From NCBI GenBank assembly GCA_024683975.1, contig JAIKXR010000124.1, positions 1-61,767 of the forward strand: 61,767 nucleotides of DNA. Direction: 5' to 3'. Positions 50,301 to 57,447 of this stretch are shown here, one piece after another. The stretch comes from Paludibacteraceae bacterium (GTDB lineage Bacteria > Bacteroidota > Bacteroidia > Bacteroidales > Paludibacteraceae). The notes under the pieces were generated by a model. The model was not told the DNA's origin. It saw nothing but the letters and a program-made list of their open reading frames with translations, and searched no databases. The position numbers and the translations under genes are program-made. The number at the start of each line of letters is the position of its first letter. Within the stretch, counting starts at the first letter, position 1.

Positions 50301-51198
50301 AGTGCCGACAATCGAGTTGGGAGATATTGTCTCTTTCTCTTTGGGTATTAAGACGAGCGATGACAAGCGGTTTGTATTTGAGGAGAAGAAAGACGATGAC
50401 TGCCATTTGTTTTTGAGAGGCAGAAATATAAAAAGATGGAACACTCCGGAGAATAACGAGTGGTTGTGGTATAAACCGGAACTCATCTGCGAGAAACCCG
50501 GCGGCAGACCACGGATATTTGAAAACTTTGTAGTTGATAAGAAGATTGTAATCCAAGATATTGCTGCTGAAATAATAGCGACATTGGATTGTAATAAATA
50601 TCTGTGTAATGACACATTGAATATCATATTTGACATTGACAGAAAATATGATTTTGAATATATTTTGGTTCTGTTAAACTCTAAATTGGTAAATACTTGG
50701 TTCAAGAAAGTCTATCCAGCTGGATTACATATAAAAACCAATCAACTGGAAACAATTCCTATACCTGTTATATCTGCTGCCGACCAACAGCCCTTTATAG
50801 ACCATGCTGACCGGATGTTGTCTTTGAACAAAGACTTACAAGAGAAGCGTGCGCGGTTCCTGCGGAGACTGCAGGACAACATCAGGAGCGCGAGCGTCAC
50901 GCTCGCGGCAAACACAGACAACAATCGCGAGCGGGACGCTCACGCTCCTGTGCGTATCACCGCCGCGTTTGAGACCTTCGAAACCCTTGATTTTGCAGGC
51001 TTTGTTGCCGAACTCAAAAAGCAGAAGATCCAACTCTCCCTTGTGCAACAGGACGAGTGGGAGGACTATTTCACCCGATACAAATCTGATTGCAACGCCT
51101 TGACTGCAACAATCGCAGAGACAGACAAAGAGATTGACGCTCTTGTCTATGCCCTCTACGGTCTTACAGACGATGAAATAAAGTTGATAGAGCAATAA
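47338..51198 (+). CDS. Type IIG restriction-modification enzyme (Eco57I/MmeI-like nuclease + gamma-class N6-adenine methyltransferase + TRD) with in-frame REP and RAYT insertions
   Basis: N-terminal PD-(D/E)xK-like KADGAI...VIGIIELKD. MTase motifs are GVFYTPQYI, ICDPACGSGAFL, NLFGVDINEESVEIAKLALWL and VIGNPPYV (NPPY at 49849-49860). The C-terminus is TaqI-like (LGDIVSFSLGIKTSDDKRF). It is one uninterrupted 1286-aa frame. Confidence 0.85.
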   Translation: MFFQNSILKKYLAMLNDEQVKAAWEQYQALFLNQTRQDNILTSKEEQYQEGFLRELFVKTLGYTINPDPDFNLITEKKNETDSKKADGAIQRDGKVIGIIELKDHKTPDLKQVETQAFGYKNRHRGTRYVVISNFEKLRFYIDDATEYMEWDLFSLKEEDFRELFFCLSWDTLSQDLPIKAKTESVSSEDQITQQLYRDYSAFKRELFADILKNNTTDETPKEQILLLFKKTQKLLDRLLFIFFAEDSGLLPPNSMVLILDDWQKLKDMDEYRPLYSRIRKYFGYLDTGFQGKHYEIFAYNGGLFKPDEVLDSITISDEVLAAHCRRLSDYNYASEVDVNILGHIFENSLNEIEEVTAQINRSASVPLAKNEDASNSRERDAHAPGKRKRDGVFYTPQYITKYIVENTVGRLCAEKKAELGVTGSASVPLAKKADKQARLAVLERYREWLKGITICDPACGSGAFLNAALRFLMDEHKLLDEMEAKVAGASIVFQNVENAILENNLFGVDINEESVEIAKLALWLRTAKPHRKLSSLNDNIKCGNSLINDPEIAREKAFNWQAEFPDVFKSASVPLATNMSTVMSDQRERDAHAPVKPWHSRHYVPHIEDKKFQFVTFRLYDSMPKDIIDKWKEELKITDEEKTPVPILTRLLERINKFEDTGYGQCFLRDERIAKLVEDALLRFDGQQYRLLRWCIMPNHVHVLIEVLPNNSLTAIMHSWRSYTAHEANKILERTGEFWQKEYFDRYIRNAQHFRDTVDYIDNNPVNAGLVATPEDWQWCTRSASVPLATSETTNTNDLRKRDACAPEDQRERDAHAPEDLRKRDACAPGFDIVIGNPPYVNMVNILDENQRKYYQKNYKTVKNKSDLYSIFTEKSAQLLKPNGKFGFIFSNSWMGTESFSTFREFLAHDVKVTKLVELPPGVFSDATVTTVLCFYENTKPKETDIIEIETYKDGQFIPKGFFLPYKQVLENPNTSFSFEKTIELNKVPTIELGDIVSFSLGIKTSDDKRFVFEEKKDDDCHLFLRGRNIKRWNTPENNEWLWYKPELICEKPGGRPRIFENFVVDKKIVIQDIAAEIIATLDCNKYLCNDTLNIIFDIDRKYDFEYILVLLNSKLVNTWFKKVYPAGLHIKTNQLETIPIPVISAADQQPFIDHADRMLSLNKDLQEKRARFLRRLQDNIRSASVTLAANTDNNRERDAHAPVRITAAFETFETLDFAGFVAELKKQKIQLSLVQQDEWEDYFTRYKSDCNALTATIAETDKEIDALVYALYGLTDDEIKLIEQ
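48422..48491. repeat. REP inverted doublet 1 (forward 48422-48444, reverse 48469-48491)
   Basis: GGAGCGCAAGCGTCCCGCTTGCG / CGCGAGCGGGACGCTCACGCTCC with a 24-nt spacer. It translates as SASVPLA...RERDAHAP. Confidence 0.9.
48608..48630 (+). repeat. Solo REP unit
   Basis: GGAGCGCAAGCGTCCCGCTTGCG, identical to the forward unit of doublet 1. No inverted partner was seen. Confidence 0.85.
49046..49121. repeat. REP inverted doublet flanking the RAYT on the left (forward 49046-49068, reverse 49099-49121)
   Basis: AGAGCGCGAGCGTCCCGCTCGCG / CGCGAGCGGGACGCTCACGCTCC with a 30-nt spacer. The spacer contains in-frame ATGs at 49075 and 49087. Confidence 0.9.
49123..49683 (+). mobile_element. REP-associated tyrosine transposase (RAYT / TnpA-REP, IS200-IS605 Y1 HUH family) domain embedded in the RM ORF
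   Basis: RHYVPHIEDKKFQFVTFRL..., the HUH motif in IMPNHVHVLI (49438-49449), Tyr in SWRSYTAHEANK (49507-49509), and FWQKEYFDRYIRN..TVDYIDNNPVNAGLV..PEDWQWC. It resembles E. coli RayT/YafM-type proteins, judged from memory. It has no stop codon of its own. Confidence 0.8.
49685..49826. repeat. REP cluster right of the RAYT: one forward unit (49685-49707) plus three reverse units (49738-49760, 49771-49793, 49804-49826)
   Basis: The reverse units form three tandem 33-nt (11-codon) repeats at 49728-49826. They alternate between variants CGCAAGCGAGACGCTTGCGCTCC and CGCGAGCGGGACGCTCACGCTCC. Confidence 0.9.
50885..50948. repeat. REP inverted doublet 5 (forward 50885-50907, reverse 50926-50948)
   Basis: GGAGCGCGAGCGTCACGCTCGCG / CGCGAGCGGGACGCTCACGCTCC with an 18-nt spacer. 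It translates as SASVTLA...RERDAHAP. Confidence 0.9.
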
Positions 51199-51218
51199 TT
51201 TGTGCTTGATGCGTACAA

Positions 51219-51451
51219 GGGGGCAAGGCTTGGGGAAATTCCGTTTGACAAACTGAAATCGGAGTATTATCCCTATGTTATCGTTTGGGAAAGTTATGAT
51301 TTTGTTCTTGACAAACTCAAACAGGCAGGTTGGAATAAAAGACAGGTCAATTGACACAACAAACTAAGCCGAACATCCGATTAAAGAATAAGTAAAATGT
51401 TATATTCATTGGCATATCACAAGGCCTACAAAATAATAACAATCATAAAAA
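51219..51451 (+). repeat. 233-bp direct repeat, copy A (partner at 54704-54939)
   Basis: About 93% identical by eye. Bases 51219-51354 are a 3' gene fragment encoding GARLGEIPFDKLKSEYYPYVIVWESYDFVLDKLKQAGWNKRQVN*, paralogous to the end of CDS 53847-54839. It starts 20 nt after the RM stop. Confidence 0.9.
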
Positions 51452-51461
51452 TTATACATTT

Positions 51462-52820
51462 ATGGAAACAACTGAAAACCAAAGACCCACAATTGTACTT
51501 AATCGTATGTTTGCTGGTAAATATCTCTCCAATCATATCGGGCATGAGATAATTAATATGTTCAAGTCCGACAACGGACATAACTATATATACATTCAAC
51601 CGTATGGCACCTATGATGCCATACATTTTGGAGAGATAGGCTATGTGATGCTGGTTAGAGGTTTGGAGGGTAAGCGGGCGTTGGAAGTCCTCGGTATAGC
51701 CACAGATCTGAAAGATATTTATGACCCCAAGAATACAGATATTTATGACCCCAAGAATACAAAACAGTGGAAATTTACACAGGAACTAATTAAAAAACAA
51801 GAAATCACATACGGCGGTGTGCATTTAGATAAGATATTCGTTCATAAAGTAGGAGACAAAGATGCGCAAAGTGTATATATCACTTTTGAGGCGGGCAAGG
51901 TAATGCGTCCGAATAAGCCTCTGTATTTGGTGTATGGCGAAAAAGATACTATCTGCGATTCAAATGCAAAGGTGATACTTCTTCCGAATACCGGACAGGC
52001 AAAGTCTTCTTTGAAGCAGTATTTTACAAGTGATAATGAAGATTACAAAAAACTGCTTGATTTGATTAATGAAAAGGACTTATGGACTGTTGAAACAACC
52101 AAAGTGAATACTGAGAAATCGCTTGACATGAAGAAAGAAGACAATTTCTTTGATATTTGTGGAGTGGATGACTATGAGTTGGCTTTTTCTAATGCCTTCG
52201 CCTACTTTATGGATAAATATCCGGAACTGGTAGTAGAATTTGCAAAAGAAGTTCTTGCGAAAGAAAATATCAAGGTAACCGACAAACCATTCTACATCAT
52301 TGAGCGTGAAGTGAATAATGTGGATATTCTGTTGGAAAATGATGAAAAAGTGGTTGTGATAGAGAACAAAGTAACATCAAAAATAAATGGTGTTAAGGTC
52401 GTGGATAATAAAACAATCGGAACACAACTGGATAAGTATTACAGATACGCTTTGGAGCGTGCAAATGGAGAGGATAAAGAGAATAAGGGCAAAGGCCAAG
52501 TGAAAAGGAAACAAAACAAAGAAGTTGCTTGCTATATATTGACTCCCAATTACAACCCAATAGACCTTAGCAGTTATTTTATTCCAGGGTTCAATCCGGT
52601 AAATCATTACAAACAGATTTTTTATAAACAAGTTTATGATTTCCTTAAGAACAAGCATCCCGAAGACTGGTATTTTCAAGAATTTATAAAGGGTCTGGAG
52701 AAACACACAAAGGAACATCATAATGATTTGTTTGAAGATACTATGCAGAAGTTTGTCAAACAAATCAAAGTAAAGTCAAATGAGGATAAACAAGGGAGTA
52801 CGCCCGAAATTGGTGGATAA
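51462..52820 (+). CDS. PD-(D/E)xK nuclease-family protein with an uncharacterised ~210-aa N-terminal domain
   Basis: The C-terminal half (NFFDICGVDDYELAFSNAFAYFM ... VNNVDILLENDEKVVVIENKV ... QLDKYYRY) fits the D...E.K nuclease family common in defence islands, judged from memory. The N-terminal half has no motif I recognise. Confidence 0.6.
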   Translation: METTENQRPTIVLNRMFAGKYLSNHIGHEIINMFKSDNGHNYIYIQPYGTYDAIHFGEIGYVMLVRGLEGKRALEVLGIATDLKDIYDPKNTDIYDPKNTKQWKFTQELIKKQEITYGGVHLDKIFVHKVGDKDAQSVYITFEAGKVMRPNKPLYLVYGEKDTICDSNAKVILLPNTGQAKSSLKQYFTSDNEDYKKLLDLINEKDLWTVETTKVNTEKSLDMKKEDNFFDICGVDDYELAFSNAFAYFMDKYPELVVEFAKEVLAKENIKVTDKPFYIIEREVNNVDILLENDEKVVVIENKVTSKINGVKVVDNKTIGTQLDKYYRYALERANGEDKENKGKGQVKRKQNKEVACYILTPNYNPIDLSSYFIPGFNPVNHYKQIFYKQVYDFLKNKHPEDWYFQEFIKGLEKHTKEHHNDLFEDTMQKFVKQIKVKSNEDKQGSTPEIGG

Positions 52821-53271
52821 GAATTTTGTCGCTTGCGGACGTCCGTTTCCCGAACAGCAGATTTGGGAAAAACGAAAGTGACTTATGGCGTATTGCTGAC
52901 AAGGCAAGGGAGTCTGACCGCTCCCTTGCTTACAAATGATTATGTATCTGTACTGATGTTCTTTGCCCGAATTACAATCGGATAAAAATCAGTGACTATA
53001 ACGACCTACAGAATATGACTCTGATGGCGCGTTATTACAAAGACGGCTATATAAAAAACGAAGAAAATGTTATCACTTAACTAAATTTATTGAGGTTTTT
53101 TGTTATATATAAAACAGAAGTCCCGTATTTTGCCGATTTCAAGAAGCCTTGGAACTTCACTCTCACAACCACGACACACAACTCGAAGACCTGATGTTTG
53201 CCCGCTTCCTTGCCATGACAACAAAATAACGGTTCCGCAATTTCTGGTAATCTACTATATCAAACACAACT

Positions 53272-53823
53272 ATGGACTTTAATGAATTGTCTGTTCGCTC
53301 TTTACGGCACCACCAGGTTACGCCGAGGATAATAATCAACCGCATGACAGGTGACATACTGAATTGGCTCCGTTCCATCGTCTGCACTAACGAAGAAAAA
53401 GCGGTATATGTTTTGGACGGACGAGAAATGACCGACTATCAATGGTTTTGCCAGCATTTGGAGGAAGTGCCGAACGGGTATATTGTTTTTACGCACTTAT
53501 CTGAAATTCCGTCTGGCAAGGACGCATTTCGTATCAAAGAGATGATTCGGTTTTGCCTCAGGGGATACTGGCGGTGGTGGACTATGGATGGTCTCCCTTA
53601 TCCCTTTTCCGAAAAATGGATGAGGACACTGGCGAAGAAATCCAAATTCATCGACATAATAATTATCTCTGAACGGAATGAATACAAGAAAAGCGGCACT
53701 TTCAAATCAATCGCAGAAAAGGATATTTCCTTCTCCTATCTTGCCGTATCCGACAATGGTTTTGAACCGATAAAGAAAACAAAGATAAAAACGGAGCAAG
53801 CCGAAAATCCGATTAAAGAGTAG
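53272..53823 (+). CDS. Hypothetical protein
   Basis: 183-aa ORF in an AT-rich cassette, on the same strand as its neighbours. I recognised no motif. Confidence 0.4.
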   Translation: MDFNELSVRSLRHHQVTPRIIINRMTGDILNWLRSIVCTNEEKAVYVLDGREMTDYQWFCQHLEEVPNGYIVFTHLSEIPSGKDAFRIKEMIRFCLRGYWRWWTMDGLPYPFSEKWMRTLAKKSKFIDIIIISERNEYKKSGTFKSIAEKDISFSYLAVSDNGFEPIKKTKIKTEQAENPIKE

Positions 53824-53846
53824 GCAATAATAAAACAACAACTATT

Positions 53847-54839
53847 ATGGAAAAAATTCAAGTCAATGACGACGGTGTTCTTGTTATTCCCGATGGAGTG
53901 ACATGTATAGAGAAAGATTCTATTGATTATCCTTATGAGATTAAAGAACTGGTAATCCCTGATTCTGTGATAAAAATTGCACGGGACGCTTTCAATAACT
54001 GTCATAACTTGGAGTCGGTCACTCTGCCTGCTAGATATTCTGTGTGCTATCCCGAGAACAAGGATGAAGCGCAAACATTATATTGGATTGCGGACCATAT
54101 AGATGAATGGGCGGACCAATTAAATGAACAACTAGAGGCACAAATGAAACAATCTCAACAGACTGGTGATGATGCACTTGCTAACGCGTTTGCTAAAACT
54201 ACAACAACATATTCATTTTCTTTTGACCGACTGTTTCGTGACTGCCGCAAGATTAAAAGAATAACATTTACGGGTAACAAACAGAAACTGGACTTCAGCC
54301 GTTGGGGATTTTCCGACAAACCAATCATTCGTTTGGACGGGGAAATCAAACATCTGGTTGTCGGTGAAAAATTCCATGACCGCTATGGCAAGCAGCGTGA
54401 TCAGTATAAGTTCCATATCAACAACTTTATTGAGAATGTTGAGGTTAGTGGAACAGACAAATGGACAGACGAAGACATGCTGTTCCGTGCCCCCTTGTCC
54501 GACAAAAAGCCTGTGGACGGTAGAATAGCGGAATTTACATTGTCGCCTTATACAATACATCATGATGGACTGCTGCGTGGTGTCAACTGGGAAAGATGGA
54601 GTTGCCCGATATCTATCGACAGTGACGCTGTTACCTGCATCTATCCTATATCTGTTCCTTGTTACGAAAGCGATCAACATGAGGGATGTTACATCCTGCT
54701 GATGGGGGCAAGGCTTGGGGAAATTCCGTTTGACCAATTGAAATCGGAGTATTATCCCTATGTTATAGTTTGGGAAAGTTATGATTTTGTTCTTGACAAA
54801 CTCAAACAGGCAGGTTGGAATAAAAGACAGGTCAATTGA
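53847..54839 (+). CDS. Hypothetical cytoplasmic protein with BspA-like LRR fragments
   Basis: No signal peptide. LVIPDGVTCIEKDSI...LVIPDSVIKIARDAFNNCHNLESVTLP and FRDCRKIKRITFTG resemble BspA LRR units. Its last 45 codons are duplicated at 51219-51354. Confidence 0.55.
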   Translation: MEKIQVNDDGVLVIPDGVTCIEKDSIDYPYEIKELVIPDSVIKIARDAFNNCHNLESVTLPARYSVCYPENKDEAQTLYWIADHIDEWADQLNEQLEAQMKQSQQTGDDALANAFAKTTTTYSFSFDRLFRDCRKIKRITFTGNKQKLDFSRWGFSDKPIIRLDGEIKHLVVGEKFHDRYGKQRDQYKFHINNFIENVEVSGTDKWTDEDMLFRAPLSDKKPVDGRIAEFTLSPYTIHHDGLLRGVNWERWSCPISIDSDAVTCIYPISVPCYESDQHEGCYILLMGARLGEIPFDQLKSEYYPYVIVWESYDFVLDKLKQAGWNKRQVN

Positions 54840-54939
54840 CATAACAAACCAAGCCGATCATCCGATTAAAGAGTAAGTAAAATGTTATATTCAATGGGCA
54901 TATCACAAGGCCTACAAAAATAATAACAATCATAAAAAG
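54704..54939 (+). repeat. Direct repeat, copy B (partner at 51219-51451)
   Basis: See copy A. It spans the 3' end of CDS 53847-54839 plus about 100 nt downstream. Confidence 0.9.
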
Positions 54940-55091
54940 AACCTGTTGTAGATAGCGTTTTTGCCGGAGACAGGCGGGCATCCTTCTAATCCTGTATCAG
55001 AAAGGTCTTGGGATGCCATTTTTTTGTTGCCGACAGTTAATTTTCCATCTCTTTTGGGTATATTATAGTTGTAACTATAATCTTATAGAAT

Positions 55092-55340
55092 ATGAACAAC
55101 TTACAAAAACTTGTTGGGCCGTACCATGAAGTAGATTGTCTGCGTCGGGAACTGAAAGTGCTGAATGCCAAGCGTGCTAAAATGACCGACCCTATAGAGC
55201 AAGAGGCCGCCAAAAAGCAGGCGCACGCACTACAGGCCGAATACAATGCCGCATTACAGAAACTGAAAGAGATGGCAAACGAGTACGAGTGGGACAGTAT
55301 AAGTCTTAAATTTAGGTTTATCGATGCCGCAGATATATGA
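55092..55340 (+). CDS. Hypothetical small coiled-coil protein
   Basis: 82-aa ORF with a charged heptad-like composition. No homolog recognised. Confidence 0.3.
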   Translation: MNNLQKLVGPYHEVDCLRRELKVLNAKRAKMTDPIEQEAAKKQAHALQAEYNAALQKLKEMANEYEWDSISLKFRFIDAADI

Positions 55341-55646
55341 ACGATGAAGACGACACTCTCTTGCATACTAAAACAATAAGATTATGAAGATTCTGGCGAT
55401 TTGTGAACATTCAGACAAAAGAGGCTTGTTCTTGAAACTTGGCAGGCAGAACCAGCCTGATAAAGTCAGAGTAATAGTTTCGCTGTTAAACAGCAGTATG
55501 GATGTTGATGATATTGTCAGTCCTGCCAAGACCGCTGAAGCCAAGCGGCAGGCTGCAACGGAAGTCATGCGCCGCCTTATGATGTTACGGATAATGCCAT
55601 TCACTATCTTTTCAATGAATACAGATTCAGTTAATCACCACAATCA

Positions 55647-55670
55647 GTCAGGCGGGCTTGCCCGCCTGAC
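55647..55670 (+). repeat. GC-rich hairpin family, member 1
   Basis: GTCAGGCGGGC-tt-GCCCGCCTGAC is a perfect 11-bp palindrome. Related hairpins lie at 60117 and 61147. Confidence 0.8.
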
Positions 55671-55896
55671 TACTCATATAGCGACTAAACAAATACATTT
55701 TTCTGACCTGTTATGTTCACTTTTTTGGTACTTTTATAAAACAGCATTATCTTTGCAACGTCATTCTTATAAAATCATTTTTAACAAAACATGCTGATTT
55801 TATAAAACCACACTTAACAAACACACCGAATAAATCATTTAAGCGAGACAGTGATATTTATTTTGTAATCTTGCTATATTCAACAGATATTGACAC

Positions 55897-56151
55897 ATGG
55901 AAACAGACAATTATAATGCAACGACAGATAGAGTTCAGCAGTTCAAGCGTGAACTCTCGCGGGTGTTCGATGACAACCTGCATACCAAGCAGTGGCATAA
56001 CTATGTGGACTATGCCATTATCGGATTGATTATACTATCCACAGTGGAGGTGTTCCGGGTCATCTCACCTTTTGTGTTTTTGGTATTTTTCTGTAAAAAT
56101 ATTTGCTCATGCAGTGAAAAGCAGTACTTTTGTAGTCGATTATATGATTAA
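55897..56151 (+). pseudogene. N-terminal fragment of an ion-transport (voltage-gated channel-like) protein
   Basis: RVFDDNLHTKQWHNYVDYAIIGLIILSTVEVF resembles the N-terminus and first TM helix of Bacteroidales ion transporters, judged from memory. The reading frame degenerates after about 60 aa, just before a TACTTTTG promoter box for the next gene. Confidence 0.4.
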
Positions 56152-56174
56152 TTAAACCATTAAATTGTATTGAT

Positions 56175-57395
56175 ATGAAAAAACTCTTGACTTCCATTCT
56201 GATTTGTATGTCCGCGACGGGGGCATACGCACTACGAGTATCGGACTCAATTTATATTGGTCCATCTAACAACGTAGCCAATCTGGTAATGTCCACCGAG
56301 GATTATGACAATTGGATACAAAATGACGGGTTTAGAACAAGCACACAACCAGTTACAATAACTAAGAAATTGTACCAGTATTTCAAGGATGATTTTGATG
56401 TTATCATGTTGATAACCAATGAAGCAAAAAAACCTCAAACTATTTCCTATTATGGAGTGAACAGGCCTATTGCCAATAGTGTGGAAGGCATAGGTATGAG
56501 TATTTATAGCAACGCCTCATATTATGGATCGGCAGAAAAATTATTCTCATTGATGTATCTGCCTTATATGGATGCCATTAAATATGGTCCCACACTGCAT
56601 GAATTTTGTCATTGCTGGGCTAATTATGCCATCCCTACTGCGGTAGATGGGCATTGGGGAATATGTGGTGGTAATACCAGAGGACAATTGGGAGGTTTCA
56701 AACAAAGCACGCTTCTTACTAATGTAGATGGCATTGCCAATAAATATTCTGCAGAGACATTCGGAACTAATGCTAATGGAGGAAACGGTGTTCCTTATAA
56801 CGAATTTGAATTGTATCTGATGGGAATGCTGCCTATTGAATCCGTTCAGGAGTTCGATGCTTTTCCTGTAGTACCTTCTGAGACTTTTCAATACTGCGAT
56901 GAAAGCAAACAGCGCATTTGCTTTTACGCGGATACACGTAATCATTACACGCAAGCATCACTTATCAATTTGCTCGGACAACGCGTTCCAAACTATACAG
57001 ATTCTCAAAAACAATTCAAAGCACTCTTCGTCATTCTTTCTAAAGAGCCGTTGACATCACTGGAATGGACGGCATGTGAATCTGCGATAGGATGGTTCTG
57101 CCAGACATCCGACGATGGTAGTAGCCTGTATAATTTCTGGGAGGCAACGGGAGGTGTCGGGTCTATTGATCCGAGCGACTTGAGTTCTTCATTAAAGAAC
57201 CCGACTCAGATACAAACCGTTGATTCGGACATGCAGATAGATATACATATTATGCCATCTACCATTATCTGCTCGGAGCCTTTCCATGTATTTAATATGT
57301 CCGGACAAGATGTAACGGAACAAAATGGCTCACTTCCATACGGTATATATATTGTCCATACAACAAATGGATCACATAAAGTATATGTAAAATAA
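56175..57395 (+). CDS. Secreted putative zinc metalloprotease with T9SS C-terminal sorting domain
   Basis: Signal peptide MKKLLTSILICMSATGAYA, an HExxH motif (HEFCHCW), and a C-terminal beta-rich tail ...GSLPYGIYIVHTTNGSHKVYVK typical of Por/T9SS CTDs. Confidence 0.62.
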   Translation: MKKLLTSILICMSATGAYALRVSDSIYIGPSNNVANLVMSTEDYDNWIQNDGFRTSTQPVTITKKLYQYFKDDFDVIMLITNEAKKPQTISYYGVNRPIANSVEGIGMSIYSNASYYGSAEKLFSLMYLPYMDAIKYGPTLHEFCHCWANYAIPTAVDGHWGICGGNTRGQLGGFKQSTLLTNVDGIANKYSAETFGTNANGGNGVPYNEFELYLMGMLPIESVQEFDAFPVVPSETFQYCDESKQRICFYADTRNHYTQASLINLLGQRVPNYTDSQKQFKALFVILSKEPLTSLEWTACESAIGWFCQTSDDGSSLYNFWEATGGVGSIDPSDLSSSLKNPTQIQTVDSDMQIDIHIMPSTIICSEPFHVFNMSGQDVTEQNGSLPYGIYIVHTTNGSHKVYVK

Positions 57396-57447
57396 TGTTA
57401 GTTCGATATAATTTTCAAAAGAGACAAAGTTTATTCGACTGTTCAAA

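Noticed and set aside
47338-51198. Interpretation as a BREX PglX methyltransferase
   Set aside because: The N-terminal PD-(D/E)xK-like motif and the single-gene context, with no pglZ/brxC-like neighbours in the window, fit a stand-alone type IIG enzyme better. I cannot exclude BREX without searches.
50836-51357. Minus-strand ORFs 50836..51357 and 54213..54842, which share the N-terminus MSIDLSFIPTCLFEFVKNKIITFPN
   Set aside because: The shared start only reflects the 233-bp direct repeat read in antisense. The plus-strand reading has the coherent gene end.
53014-53080. 21-codon ORF MTLMARYYKDGYIKNEENVIT in the 52821-53271 spacer
   Set aside because: It is too short and unsupported. It may be the tail of a decayed gene and was noted only as a possible remnant.
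55384-55797. 137-aa plus-strand ORF
   Set aside because: Not called as a gene. Hairpin family member 1 (55647-55670) lies inside it and its 3' part reads like non-coding sequence. The 5' ~85 codons may be real, but I have no support for that.
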